Part shown: positions 44,906 through 54,720 of the stretch, in pieces
How the letters are laid out: every line of letters begins with the position of its first letter
Numbering within the stretch: the first letter of the stretch is position 1
Assembly: GCA_965215195.1 (NCBI GenBank)
Contig: CBDCDC010000002.1
Location: forward strand, 2,208,001-2,272,000
Source: Candidatus Latescibacterota bacterium
GTDB taxonomy: Bacteria; Latescibacterota; UBA2968; UBA8231
DNA length: 64,000 bases
Direction: 5' to 3'
Program-made: the position numbers and the translations under genes
Notes under the pieces: generated by a model
Databases searched by the model: none
The model's input: the letters and a program-made list of their open reading frames with translations, nothing else
What the model was told of the DNA's origin: nothing

Positions 44906-46683
44906 TGCCGCCGACCATCCGCGACGAGCGGGAAATCGACAAAAAGTCCATTGACTTGCGCTTAGTGGCTAGGCTGTTGGGTTTTTTGCGGCCCTATTGG
45001 CCTTGGGCGGTCTCGACGTTGTTGCTCATCCTCGCGGCCTCGCTGGCCCGCCAGGCCGGTCCCGTGCTGACCAAAATAGCCGTTGACGAGCATATCGTGC
45101 CCGGCGATCTGGACGGCCTGAGTACCCTCGTCCTGCTCTTCGCCGCCCTGTTAGTGGCTCAATTCGCCGTCGGCTACGCCCAGAGCTGGATTACCAGCAT
45201 GGTGGGCCAGTGGACCATGCGCGACGTGCGCTTGAACATTTTCACCTGCCTACAGCGCCTGCCGCTCAAATTCTTCGACCGCACCCCCATCGGCCGGCTC
45301 ATGGCGCGCAATACCAGCGATGTCGATGCGCTCAACGAATTCTTCACCTACGGGGCCGTCTCCCTAGTGACCGAGGCCGTCACCATCGCCTCTATCCTGT
45401 TTTACATTTTCTACTACCTCGACGTCGAGCTAGGTTTGCTCACCTGCGCCTTTTTGCCGGTGGCCTTTGCCGCCACCCTGTGGCTGCAAAACCGCACCTA
45501 CCAAGCCTTCCGCCAAGCCCGCACCCGCTTTGCCCGCTTCAGCGCGGATTTGCAGGAAACCCTGTCGGGTATAGAAGTAGTAAAACTGTTCAACTGCGAG
45601 CCGCGCAGCACCCGCCGCTTTAATCAAGGCACGGACGAATACCTCGACGCTCGCTTGGTGCGCACCTTGTACCACTCGGCGTACTTCCCCTTTATGGAAT
45701 TGTGTGGTGCGGCCTTGATGGCGTTGGTGCTGTGGTACGGCGTGGGCCAAGTGCTGCGTGCGGAAATCGCTTGGGGCGTTTTGGTGGCCATGCTGCAATA
45801 CGTACCCCGCTTCTTCATGCCCATCCGCAACCTCGCCGAGGAATACGCCACCGTGCAGGTGGCCATGGCCTCTTCCGAGCGCATCTTTGAACTGATTGAC
45901 GCCGAGCCAGAGCCGATCGGCGGTCCCGTGCGCCGGGAGCGCATCGCCGGGGCCATTGAATTCCGCCGCGTGTGGTTTGCCTATGAAGGGAAAGAATGGG
46001 TCCTGCGCGACGTCTCCTTCTGCGCCGCCCCGGGCCAGAGCCTCGCGCTAGTTGGGGCCACCGGCTCGGGCAAGACCACTATCGTCAGCTTGCTGTGCCG
46101 CTTTTACGAGATTCAACGGGGGCAGATCTTGGTTGACGGCATCGACATCCGCGAGTGGGATGTGGAAGCCCTGCGGCAGCGCTTCGGCTTGGTGCAGCAG
46201 GACGTCTTTCTCTTTGCCGGCGACATTGCCAGCAACATCCGCCTCGGTGCCCCCGAGCTGTCGGACGACGCTGTCGCACAGGCGGCTCGCTATGTCAACG
46301 CCGATCGCTTTATCGACCGCCTGCCCAACACCTACCAGCACGATGTGCAGGAACGCGGCGCGTCCCTGTCGGCCGGTCAGCGCCAGCTCTTGTCCTTTGC
46401 CCGCGCCCTAGCTGCGGACCCGGACATTCTGGTGCTGGACGAAGCCACCGCCCACATCGACACTGAGACCGAAGGCTGGATCCAAGAGGCCGTGGAAAAA
46501 CTCATGCGCGACCGCACTTCCATCGTCATTGCCCACCGCCTGTCCACCATCCGCAGCGCCGACAAAATCCTCGTGCTGCACCGGGGCCAGTTGCGCGAAG
46601 AAGGCCGCCACGAAGAGCTTCTGGCCCGAGACGGCATCTACGCCCGCCTGCATCAATTGCAATACGACGAGGCCCTCGCCTAG
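44905..46683 (+). CDS. ABC exporter, fused permease/ATPase (MdlB-like)
   Basis: GATGSGKT, LSAGQRQL, VLDEAT, IAHRLST; coupled to the previous gene. Confidence 0.93.
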   Translation: MPPTIRDEREIDKKSIDLRLVARLLGFLRPYWPWAVSTLLLILAASLARQAGPVLTKIAVDEHIVPGDLDGLSTLVLLFAALLVAQFAVGYAQSWITSMVGQWTMRDVRLNIFTCLQRLPLKFFDRTPIGRLMARNTSDVDALNEFFTYGAVSLVTEAVTIASILFYIFYYLDVELGLLTCAFLPVAFAATLWLQNRTYQAFRQARTRFARFSADLQETLSGIEVVKLFNCEPRSTRRFNQGTDEYLDARLVRTLYHSAYFPFMELCGAALMALVLWYGVGQVLRAEIAWGVLVAMLQYVPRFFMPIRNLAEEYATVQVAMASSERIFELIDAEPEPIGGPVRRERIAGAIEFRRVWFAYEGKEWVLRDVSFCAAPGQSLALVGATGSGKTTIVSLLCRFYEIQRGQILVDGIDIREWDVEALRQRFGLVQQDVFLFAGDIASNIRLGAPELSDDAVAQAARYVNADRFIDRLPNTYQHDVQERGASLSAGQRQLLSFARALAADPDILVLDEATAHIDTETEGWIQEAVEKLMRDRTSIVIAHRLSTIRSADKILVLHRGQLREEGRHEELLARDGIYARLHQLQYDEALA

Positions 46684-46708
46684 CGGGCACAACCCCTCGG
46701 CTTTACTG

Positions 46709-46945
46709 CTATAATCGATCATACACTTCCGGCTCTACGTCCGGCACGTTTGCCAAAACAGCTTCAAACTTCTGGCGGCTCCCTCGTTTAGCACGTTCTT
46801 CGAGATACTCAACCGTTATCAGAGCCGACACTTTCTCCGCGACTGCCAAGGTGATGAACTGATTCATTGAAACCCCCTCCCCCTCCGCCATTTGCTTAAT
46901 CCGCTTATGCAGCGAGTCGGGCAATCGAACGCTCAGCGTACTCAT
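46709..46945 (-). CDS. Orphan RHH/HicB-like antitoxin (paralog of 54717-54962)
   Basis: MSTLSVRLPDSLH...EGVSMNQFI..AVAEK; upstream 46946-46992 holds only a possible PIN-toxin tail stub (DYTGAEHY). Confidence 0.85.
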   Translation of the reverse strand: MSTLSVRLPDSLHKRIKQMAEGEGVSMNQFITLAVAEKVSALITVEYLEERAKRGSRQKFEAVLANVPDVEPEVYDRL

Positions 46946-46992
46946 GATATCGCAAAAAGTAAACCGATAGTGTTCAGCTCCAGTATAGTCCC

Positions 46993-47793
46993 TTAGTCCA
47001 AGACCATGCCGCCGCTGACGTTTATCGTCTGGCCGGTGACGTTGCGCGCCTCCTCGGAAGCGAGGAAGGCGACCATGTTGCCGATGTCCTCAGGCGACTG
47101 TTCCCGCTGCATCGGCGTTGAGTTGGCGATGAACAGGTCGAACACCTCGCGGGCACTTTTGCCGGCATAGGCGGGATCGACCTCGGCGAGCTTGGGCGCT
47201 AGCGTGTGCCAGAAGTTGGTCCACACGAACCCGGGGCATACGGCGTTTACGGTGATGTTGTGCGGCCCCAAGTCCTTGGCGGTCAGCCGCGTTAGGCTGA
47301 GCATCGCGTTCTTGGCGGCCGCGTAGGTCGGCAGGAAGGTCGGGTCGCGCTTGGCGGCCGCGGAAGAGATGTTGATAATTTTGCCGTAGCGGCGCTCGAT
47401 CATGTGCGGGGCGATCGCCTTGCAGAGGAAGAAGGGCCCCTTGACGTGTATGTCGTAGTTGCTGTCCCACTCCTCTCCGGTGAAATTGGTGAACGGGGCC
47501 CCGACGATGGTGCCGAAGTGGCCGGCGTTGTTGACGAGGATATCGATGGCACCGAAGCGCCCAAGCACCTGCGCGACGAGGTCCGCGCAGGCGGATTCAT
47601 CCGTTATGTCGGCGGTGATGGCGATCGCGGTGGCCCCTTCGCGCTCGAGCTGGTCGGCGGTAGCCTGCGCCCGGTCGCCATCGATGTCGGTCGCCACGAT
47701 GGCCGCCCCTTCGCGCGTCAGGCATTTCGATATGCCGAAGCCCATGCCGCCCCCGGCACCGGTGACGATGGCTGTCCTGTCTTTGAGTCGCAT
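46993..47793 (-). CDS. Short-chain dehydrogenase/reductase
   Basis: TGAGGGMG, NNAG, YAAAK, NAVCPG, TGQTINVSGG. Confidence 0.93.
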   Translation of the reverse strand: MRLKDRTAIVTGAGGGMGFGISKCLTREGAAIVATDIDGDRAQATADQLEREGATAIAITADITDESACADLVAQVLGRFGAIDILVNNAGHFGTIVGAPFTNFTGEEWDSNYDIHVKGPFFLCKAIAPHMIERRYGKIINISSAAAKRDPTFLPTYAAAKNAMLSLTRLTAKDLGPHNITVNAVCPGFVWTNFWHTLAPKLAEVDPAYAGKSAREVFDLFIANSTPMQREQSPEDIGNMVAFLASEEARNVTGQTINVSGGMVLD

Positions 47794-47972
47794 GCTGGTC
47801 TCCCCTCGGTTTTTGGAACGCATAAAAAAACCTTGCTATATGTAGAAATTGCCGAAGCCATCTCCGTTTCGGCCGGAGAGCACAGGACGATCTCGTTGGC
47901 GGAAATTTCAGGCCGCAACACTCCGGCACTACGGTCATATCCCGCCAATGAACTGACGCGGCTAGAAAAGCC

Positions 47973-48785
47973 CTAGGGAGAGAGCATTGCGGCAATTTCA
48001 TCGAGATACATTTTAAGGGACAATCCGTGGCTTTTTGCCAAAATCGCTAGCGTATCAACCTTTGTTCGTTCCCCCTTTTCGATTCTCCGCACATGGCGTT
48101 CAGAAAGCCCTTGTATCTCGGCTTGCTTAAGCCCGTACTGCTTGCGCAATGCGGCAACGGCCTCTCCGAAACGGAGGTCGTACATTAGTCTTTCCCGATC
48201 CTTTTTTTCTCGCCATCTGTCGTCTTTTAGGCAGCGAACAGCATCTAGGTCAATATGTACATCAACCTCAGGCCAGTGCATATAACTGCCTTCACTCGAA
48301 ATGGTAAATGAAGAACGCTGTTGGGCTGGAATGCGCCCAAGGGCGGGCATTTCTGCAAAATCTACTCTGAACAAGGTGTGATCACAGGCCATGACAAAGA
48401 GTTCCTCAGCTACGACCTGTGCAGCGGCAATGAGTTGCTCGGGACATCCAAGACTCCAAGCCGTTAGCACGCGCTTGGGCACATCCTTAGTCGAATGCAC
48501 GAGAATATGTCGGCTGCTTTTGAGTTTTGCCTCGTAAAGCATTTGCGGCAAAAACTGAGCGTTGTCGTCTTCGCGGACGAAAAGGGTTCGAAGATGATTT
48601 CGATGATTGGCAGCACGGACAAACTCACTTACAGCAGGAAGGTCGGCAACAGAAGTTAATACGAAAACATCCCGCGCGTTTACCCTGCTCACATCTGGTT
48701 TCCGAAAAACAGTGAAAGAGGGCGGAATGATGTCATAGCTAAATGGGTCTTGGGCCCAGATGGCCATTTCAGCAGTCTTTGACAT
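47973..48785 (-). CDS. Protein with unknown N-terminal domain + DUF2442-like region + C-terminal XRE HTH
   Basis: GSYMHWPEVDVHIDL (DUF2442-like); FGEAVAALRKQYGLKQ...LSERHVRRIEKGE. Confidence 0.7.
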   Translation of the reverse strand: MSKTAEMAIWAQDPFSYDIIPPSFTVFRKPDVSRVNARDVFVLTSVADLPAVSEFVRAANHRNHLRTLFVREDDNAQFLPQMLYEAKLKSSRHILVHSTKDVPKRVLTAWSLGCPEQLIAAAQVVAEELFVMACDHTLFRVDFAEMPALGRIPAQQRSSFTISSEGSYMHWPEVDVHIDLDAVRCLKDDRWREKKDRERLMYDLRFGEAVAALRKQYGLKQAEIQGLSERHVRRIEKGERTKVDTLAILAKSHGLSLKMYLDEIAAMLSP

Positions 48786-48787
48786 TT

Positions 48788-49066
48788 TTAGCTCCTTATA
48801 TCCACTTTGGCTTCCCACTCGGCATAAAGTGTGGCTCTATGCTGAAGCACCAGACCTAACAGTGTCCGCTGCTCTTTGCCCGAAGGGCCTGATCTCGAAG
48901 GGGGAAACTTCACATTAAAAACTAGATTGCCGCGTTTACATGTACTAAAAAAGACGCGTATCTCCCATTTGTCCGGTTTGCGAGCGTGAAAATGAGGTGG
49001 TTCGTGATCTGAGGAATTGAACCATAATTCCAAGCCCGCCAATTGAAAGCATTCCAACTTTCCCAA
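48788..49066 (-). CDS. DUF4160-family protein
   Basis: FNSSDHEPPHFHA; LYAEWE; TTG start after AGGAG. Confidence 0.75.
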   Translation of the reverse strand: MGKLECFQLAGLELWFNSSDHEPPHFHARKPDKWEIRVFFSTCKRGNLVFNVKFPPSRSGPSGKEQRTLLGLVLQHRATLYAEWEAKVDIRS

Positions 49067-49103
49067 AAGATGGCTCCTCGCTTTCCACCAGAGAAAATGG
49101 CTA

Positions 49104-49150
49104 AAATCGGACAATAAATCAATTATATATAAATTAAAAATGTCCGGTTT
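49104..49150. promoter_or_regulatory. Inverted repeat around an AT-rich promoter region of the DUF4160/HTH pair
   Basis: AAATCGGACA (49104-49113) and TGTCCGGTTT (49141-49150), one mismatch. Confidence 0.45.
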
Positions 49151-49222
49151 GCGAACGCCTGCTCTTGTTGAGGACAGTGAGCATATTGCGGTGCGCTCTG
49201 CAATACCGCCCTCCGAAGATCT

Positions 49223-49933
49223 TCAACGCGGCCCAGCGCACCCCAAGCCCAGCAATGACAAGCACCTTTGCGTCAGCTCATCCACGCTAGCTGCACTTAC
49301 GTCCACACTGACCAGCCCATGCTGCCTAACTGCATCCATCATTTGCGCGTTGTAGAGCAGGCTGCGCTTCAGAAACTTATCCACCATCCTTCTTTCGCGC
49401 TGGGACTTCGTTCGATACTGACTTGCCGCGCAAATTCTCTGCTCAAAAACGGCGTCACTCGCTGTGAGCCAAATGGCAGCGAGGTTGGCAACCTCTAGGG
49501 TCGCTGCAAACTCTGGCCACAGAGCGGATCCCTCCACTATTATCCGCTCCTTAGAAGCGGTCTGAAAGCGGTCCTCTGCGGCCCCTAGATGGCTTGGCTT
49601 GCCCTCGCATGGGGGAGGGCGAGACGCCCTCCATCCTGCGGTCGCGGTCGCCGCGACGATCGCCTCAACTTGCGGCCATACATTGACCTTGTAGTGATGA
49701 AGCACGTCCTCAAGCAATGCGCACACCGACAGCGAGAGATAGTGATCGGCCACGTGGTCGGGCACCTGCTGCTGCGCCGGTTGCCACGGACGACCGGGAT
49801 GGCGGGCGAGTTTGTCCGTGGAGATTTGGGCCCACCCCAGTTTTGCTGCCAGCGCGGCGGCCAGTGTCGATTTGCCAACGTGGGACGAACCGCCGATGAG
49901 GATCACTCGCAAGTCAGCAGGTGCTTGGCGCAT
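49223..49933 (-). CDS. P-loop kinase (2-phosphoglycerate-kinase-like) with in-frame REP-derived insert
   Basis: ILIGGSSHVGKST, ISTD, IVEGSALWP; REP hairpin at 49614-49632 inside the ORF. Confidence 0.75.
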   Translation of the reverse strand: MRQAPADLRVILIGGSSHVGKSTLAAALAAKLGWAQISTDKLARHPGRPWQPAQQQVPDHVADHYLSLSVCALLEDVLHHYKVNVWPQVEAIVAATATAGWRASRPPPCEGKPSHLGAAEDRFQTASKERIIVEGSALWPEFAATLEVANLAAIWLTASDAVFEQRICAASQYRTKSQRERRMVDKFLKRSLLYNAQMMDAVRQHGLVSVDVSAASVDELTQRCLSLLGLGCAGPR

Positions 49934-49957
49934 TCTCGTTGAGCAGTAGGGAATCCC

Positions 49958-52399
49958 CTACTCATTGCGCAGGGCATTGACGGGATTTTCACGTGCGGCG
50001 CGGACGCCTGTGTACGCCACCGTGCCCAGTGCAATCGCAAAGGCGACCGTCCCGCAGAGGAGGTAGGTCGTCAGTCCCAACCCGAACTGATACGCGTATT
50101 GCGACAGCCATTGGCCTACCGCGAAGTGGGCCAGCGGAAACGCCAGCAGGCAGGCTAAGGCGACCATTTTCGCCAAGTCGCGCGACAAGAGCGCGAGGAT
50201 CTCTGCCACCGTAGCGCCGAGCACTTTGCGGACGCCGATCTCCTTGGTGCGCCGCTGCAAGACGATGGTCGCATGGCCAAACAAGCCCATGCCGGCGATG
50301 AGAACGGCGACGACGGATGCGAGGGTAACGGTGCGGCTGATCTCTTGGTCGCTCTCGTACTGACGGGCAAAAGCCCGGTCGAGGAACTCGTACTCAAAGG
50401 GTTGTTCGGGGGCCACCTTTTCCCATAGCTGCTCCAAGCCGGCGAGGGCATCGTTCACCGTGCGCACGTTCAGCCGCACCAGGGCCCGCTCAAAGGGCAC
50501 TTCCGGCCCATAGTGGAACACCGCGGGCTTGATCGGCTCCCTAAGAGAGCGGAAGTGAAAGTCCGGGGTGACGCCGATGACGGTAGGCGTTTTGCTCACG
50601 CCGTAGGCCCCGTACTCCGGTAGGAATTCGCCAACGGCATGTTCCCCCCAGCCGAAGACTTCCGCAAGGCGCTGATTGACGACGACACTTTCCGTCCGAT
50701 CCGCCAGCCGGCCGGCCGCAAACGAGCGACCAGATGCGAGGTCAATGCCGAGGGTGGTGAAGAAGTCCGGGTCAACGGCATACACGTACACGCTCACGCG
50801 CTCCCCGTCCGGCCGTTTGATGTAATTGGTGCTAGTGGAGAGCGAAAACTCGCGATCGGCCAAGGCCACACTAACCACCCCTGGCCGGGAAAGGGCTGCC
50901 TCCTTGAAGCGTTCGCCCAGCCGCGTGGGGTCCGCACCGCGCAGCTTGACGACGACGACCTGCTCAGCCGCGTATCCCAGGTCGCGCGACTGAGCAAAGT
51001 CCAACTGCTGGCGAATCGCGATGGTGCAGAAAATTAGGAAAACCGCCATGCCGTACTGCAAGATCAAGAGCGCACTCGTCACCTTACTTTTTCGCCACGA
51101 TCCTACCCCGCGGACGACAGACGAGGGCTGCATACGCGCCACGATTAGGGCCGGATAGGTTCCCGCCGCGACGCCGATCAGCACCGCCAACAAGACGCCT
51201 CCGCCGACGATAATTGGCAGACCCAGATCCCCGAGCGACAGCCCGGACCAGTGGTCAATGCCATAATGCGCGTTAAAGGCGGGCAGCCCCAACGGCACCA
51301 AAACCAGTCCGGCGATCAGGCAGAAGAAGGCCAGCAGGACCCCCTCTCCCAAAAACTGCAGGGCGATTTGTGCCTTGTTAGCGCCGAGCGCCTTGCGGAC
51401 GCCTACTTCCGCGCTCCGGCCCATGGAACCCGCTACGGCGAGGGTCGTGAAGTTGAGGCAGGCCACGGTCAAAATGACGCCAATCAGGGCGACGAGGGCG
51501 AGGATTGAGTCGATGTCAACGGAGTTTTCATAGCCGTAATAGGTCTGGACCTGCGGGTTGAGGTAGATCGTCCGCGCGTCTTGGAGTTCGAGTTGGAAGG
51601 CATTTGGATCGTCCTTCCAGCGAACGCCCTTGTAGCGTTCCCAGAGCGGGGCGATGAACTCGCGAGAAAACTCCGGGAGCTTCGCTTCGAGTGCCTTCCG
51701 CTCGGCAAGGGGCTGAAGCGCGATGTACGTACAAGCCGTAGCGCCCCAGTAACTGGCCATGAAATACTTGTTTCGGTTCTCAAAGCGGATCGCCGCATCA
51801 AAGTCCAAGCTCCGCTTTTTCGGCAGATCGGCGAAGACGCCAGAGATGGTGTAGGCCTCGGGGCCCTCGTTGCCGTGCAAGACGATCTGTTGGCCCACGA
51901 GCGCCGGGTAAGACTCGAATTCATCTCCGAACATCCGCTCGGCCAGTCGCTTGGAAATGACGACCTGATCGAGGCCATCTAGCGCCGTGGCCGGATTGCC
52001 GGCCGCGAGGGGGTAGTGGAACATCTGCAGAAACGGGGAATCAACCTCAACCACCCCGTGTTCGAGATGGCGCTCGCCGACCGTCATCAGGATACTCGTT
52101 TTGATGACGCGCGTGGTGCTGGCGATTTCCGGGAACGTCTCCGCGAGCGCGGCTGCGAGATCCTCACGCTGGTACGCCGGGCGCTGTACGTGACCCGCAG
52201 CGCTAATCTCGCGCGTCACCACGCGGAAGAGGCGGTCATCCTCGCGGAGGTTCCAATCCGCGGTCAGAGCGCCGTGTACGCCAAGACCGAGGATGACGCT
52301 GACTGCGATGGCGACGGACAAGCCCACGATGTTGATGCTGGCTATCACTTTGTCGCGCATCAGGTTGCGGAGTGCGATTACGACGTAGTTGCGAAGCAT
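49958..52399 (-). CDS. MacB/FtsX-type ABC permease (duplicated architecture)
   Basis: MLRNY..IALRNL, ACLNF...RSAEVGVRKALGA, RRTKEIGVRKVLGA, NPVNALRNE. Confidence 0.92.
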   Translation of the reverse strand: MLRNYVVIALRNLMRDKVIASINIVGLSVAIAVSVILGLGVHGALTADWNLREDDRLFRVVTREISAAGHVQRPAYQREDLAAALAETFPEIASTTRVIKTSILMTVGERHLEHGVVEVDSPFLQMFHYPLAAGNPATALDGLDQVVISKRLAERMFGDEFESYPALVGQQIVLHGNEGPEAYTISGVFADLPKKRSLDFDAAIRFENRNKYFMASYWGATACTYIALQPLAERKALEAKLPEFSREFIAPLWERYKGVRWKDDPNAFQLELQDARTIYLNPQVQTYYGYENSVDIDSILALVALIGVILTVACLNFTTLAVAGSMGRSAEVGVRKALGANKAQIALQFLGEGVLLAFFCLIAGLVLVPLGLPAFNAHYGIDHWSGLSLGDLGLPIIVGGGVLLAVLIGVAAGTYPALIVARMQPSSVVRGVGSWRKSKVTSALLILQYGMAVFLIFCTIAIRQQLDFAQSRDLGYAAEQVVVVKLRGADPTRLGERFKEAALSRPGVVSVALADREFSLSTSTNYIKRPDGERVSVYVYAVDPDFFTTLGIDLASGRSFAAGRLADRTESVVVNQRLAEVFGWGEHAVGEFLPEYGAYGVSKTPTVIGVTPDFHFRSLREPIKPAVFHYGPEVPFERALVRLNVRTVNDALAGLEQLWEKVAPEQPFEYEFLDRAFARQYESDQEISRTVTLASVVAVLIAGMGLFGHATIVLQRRTKEIGVRKVLGATVAEILALLSRDLAKMVALACLLAFPLAHFAVGQWLSQYAYQFGLGLTTYLLCGTVAFAIALGTVAYTGVRAARENPVNALRNE

Positions 52400-52425
52400 C
52401 TTGAATCTCCTTCATACCTATGCCC

Positions 52426-54261
52426 CTATCTCACTTTCTCGATAACGATCTCGCCCGCCTCGCTTTTGAGCATAAAATCCGCCGTTAGTGCCTCCGGGCC
52501 GCTATGCGCATTCGATAGCACCATTACCTCGGAGTTGTTCGCTATGAGGAGAGGCTTTTCCGCATCCTTACCTTTGAAGGCAGTAGCCTGGATCCGTCCG
52601 CACAGCGTGAACGCCGTCAGGTGTACCTTGTCCAGCAATGCCTCTTTGAGCGAGAGGCGGATATCGCCAGCGCACGACTCCAGTTCGATGCGGCTGTCCG
52701 CGGTGAGTTGATCCTGATGTAGCTGCGTTTGGCCAAAGCGGTTGTAGATCCGCACCCGGCCCGCCAGCCGCGTAGCCTCGATATCCACGCCACCCACCTC
52801 AATATCCACGCCGCCACGAATATCCTCCAGACGACAATCTTCAGCCGCATGCCGCATGCCGCTCTCCCAGTTCACGCCGAGGTATCGGTAGTAGCGCTGG
52901 TAGAGTTTGCCGCGGACATTGCGTACTGTCTCCAGCATGCTGTCAAAGAGTTCTACATCGCCCTCGATATCGGCCACCTCCTCGCAGGTCGATTCGATAA
53001 AATCGATGGAGCCCTGCAAATCGTAAGCGCGAACCTGCTTCCCTTTGATGACGGTCACGCGTTTGCCGCTGGGCACCAGCAACACCAAGTTGGCGGAGCC
53101 CACCGGTCCATGGACACTTTCGGACGTCGACCTGTTGGGGCGAAAGACCTTTTGGACTTCCGCAGTAAGGGTCGAGGGCGGCAGGAATATGTCTTCGAGT
53201 TTTTCGCGATAGACCGTTATCCGTGTGGCCCGTCTCAGCTCCGTACGCATAGCAGTCGGCATATTGCCGACGTAGGCCTGCATCTGGGGAAAGGCATCCG
53301 TCGTCTTAACGCCGTTTGTCACGCCCCACGGATGAGGGCCTTCCTCCACGTAGGCTCGCCACACTTGTTCGCTACCCAGCGACACGGCCTCGGTTTGGCC
53401 GTTCTGTTCGTAGGTTCCCATAAACACCTCGCCCTCATGCGGACCGCTCTCGAGGAAATTGTCCACTTGGTCAGCCCCAATCTCGATCCCTTCGACGCTC
53501 TGACGGGCGTTTTCCAGCGTCAACCCGATCGCGCTGAGCGTCCCTTCGAGCACGGCGGCGGCGCCCGTGGCCGGGCGAATCTCGAGCTCCACGTCAAGGG
53601 CGCAGTAGAAGACGATATGCTCGGTGTCCTCCAGCGGGATCGTCTCCCGCACCTGTCGGGTGGCGATCTGGCACACCACCTCCTGAACCTGTTCAGTCAC
53701 GTTGATTGGCTTCATGGCAATCTCCTCGTGTTCGTCCAATAGCTGGCGCAGGCGGATGCGCCCTTGTTGCAGGCGGCCACACACCGTACTAAGGGGGATT
53801 TCCATCAACTCGGCGATTTCCCGATAGGACATGCCGCTCAGGTAGTACATCAGCACGGCCGAGCGGTAATGGTCGGGCAACTGATCAATGGCCTCCTGCA
53901 AATCTAGCCGCCGCATCTGGTCGGCGTGCTCTACCATCGCCACATTCTCCATAGCCGTCTCCGCTGACTCCAACGGCTGCGTCTGTGTCCGACTGCGATC
54001 GCGCAGCCAGTCCTTGCAGTGATTGGCTACGATGCGCATCAACCATCTCCCGAAGTGCTCCCTATCGCGCAGTTGCCCCAAGCGGCAATACGCCGCCACA
54101 AAGGCATCCTGCACGATGTCCTGAGCATCAAACCGTGAGCGCACGTAGCCCAGTGCCGTGGCAAAGGCCGCGTTCTGGTAGTGTCGGACGAGCGGCTCAA
54201 AGGCTTGCGCGTTTCCCGCCAAGCAGTGCTCGACGAAGTTTTCGGAATGGAAGTCGTCCAT
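52426..54261 (-). CDS. ECF sigma-70 factor with about 430-aa C-terminal extension
   Basis: DAQDIVQDAF, FGRWL, MSYREIAELMEIPLSTV; beta-rich DUF4097-like C-terminus (LESCAGDI, TLCGRI, SEAGEI). Confidence 0.85.
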   Translation of the reverse strand: MDDFHSENFVEHCLAGNAQAFEPLVRHYQNAAFATALGYVRSRFDAQDIVQDAFVAAYCRLGQLRDREHFGRWLMRIVANHCKDWLRDRSRTQTQPLESAETAMENVAMVEHADQMRRLDLQEAIDQLPDHYRSAVLMYYLSGMSYREIAELMEIPLSTVCGRLQQGRIRLRQLLDEHEEIAMKPINVTEQVQEVVCQIATRQVRETIPLEDTEHIVFYCALDVELEIRPATGAAAVLEGTLSAIGLTLENARQSVEGIEIGADQVDNFLESGPHEGEVFMGTYEQNGQTEAVSLGSEQVWRAYVEEGPHPWGVTNGVKTTDAFPQMQAYVGNMPTAMRTELRRATRITVYREKLEDIFLPPSTLTAEVQKVFRPNRSTSESVHGPVGSANLVLLVPSGKRVTVIKGKQVRAYDLQGSIDFIESTCEEVADIEGDVELFDSMLETVRNVRGKLYQRYYRYLGVNWESGMRHAAEDCRLEDIRGGVDIEVGGVDIEATRLAGRVRIYNRFGQTQLHQDQLTADSRIELESCAGDIRLSLKEALLDKVHLTAFTLCGRIQATAFKGKDAEKPLLIANNSEVMVLSNAHSGPEALTADFMLKSEAGEIVIEKVR

Positions 54262-54443
54262 AGGTATTCAACCCTTCTATAAATAAAGACGTCCAGCGGA
54301 GGCAAAATTAAAAAAGCCCAGACACTTTTTTTAACGCGAGTTAGGGATAAACCATCTCTCCGGGCCCCGACCTGAGACTTCGGCGAGGCTTCGACGTTGA
54401 ACTCAGCCGAAGGGCGGGAATCCAAACGGAGGCGGTTGCCGAT

Positions 54444-54546
54444 CTAAGTACACGACACCCATAACTTGTCGTTGATGGCGATGAGTCCGGGAGCGAGGGC
54501 AAGATGCCCTCGATCCGAAGGTAAAGCCCTACTGTCGTGTACTTAG
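54444..54546. mobile_element. MITE-like element with 14-bp perfect TIRs enclosing a REP hairpin
   Basis: CTAAGTACACGACA (54444-54457) / TGTCGTGTACTTAG (54533-54546); internal CGAGGGC-AAGAT-GCCCTCG (54494-54512). Confidence 0.7.
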
Positions 54547-54570
54547 GTTGCTGATTAAATTTATTCATTG

Positions 54571-54720
54571 CGGCCCTGCTTATCGGACCCAAAGGACGAT
54601 CCTATTTTGGAGCTGGCGGTAGCTTCTGAGAAGGCCATTATCGCAACGCACAATGTCAAAGCGACCGCGTTTGGTGTCCGCGTCCTCACCCCGAGTCAGT
54701 TGTTGGAGGAAATAAGATGA
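54571..54720 (+). pseudogene. C-terminal stub of a PIN-domain toxin
   Basis: RPCLSDPKDDPILELAVAS...THNVK...FGVRVLTPSQLL; stop overlaps the antitoxin ATG. Confidence 0.8.

Noticed and set aside
54357-54425. Possible structured ncRNA upstream of the ECF sigma gene
   Set aside because: Better explained as decayed REP-like palindromes (CTTCGGC...GCCGAAG; GGCGGGAATCCA) next to the MITE
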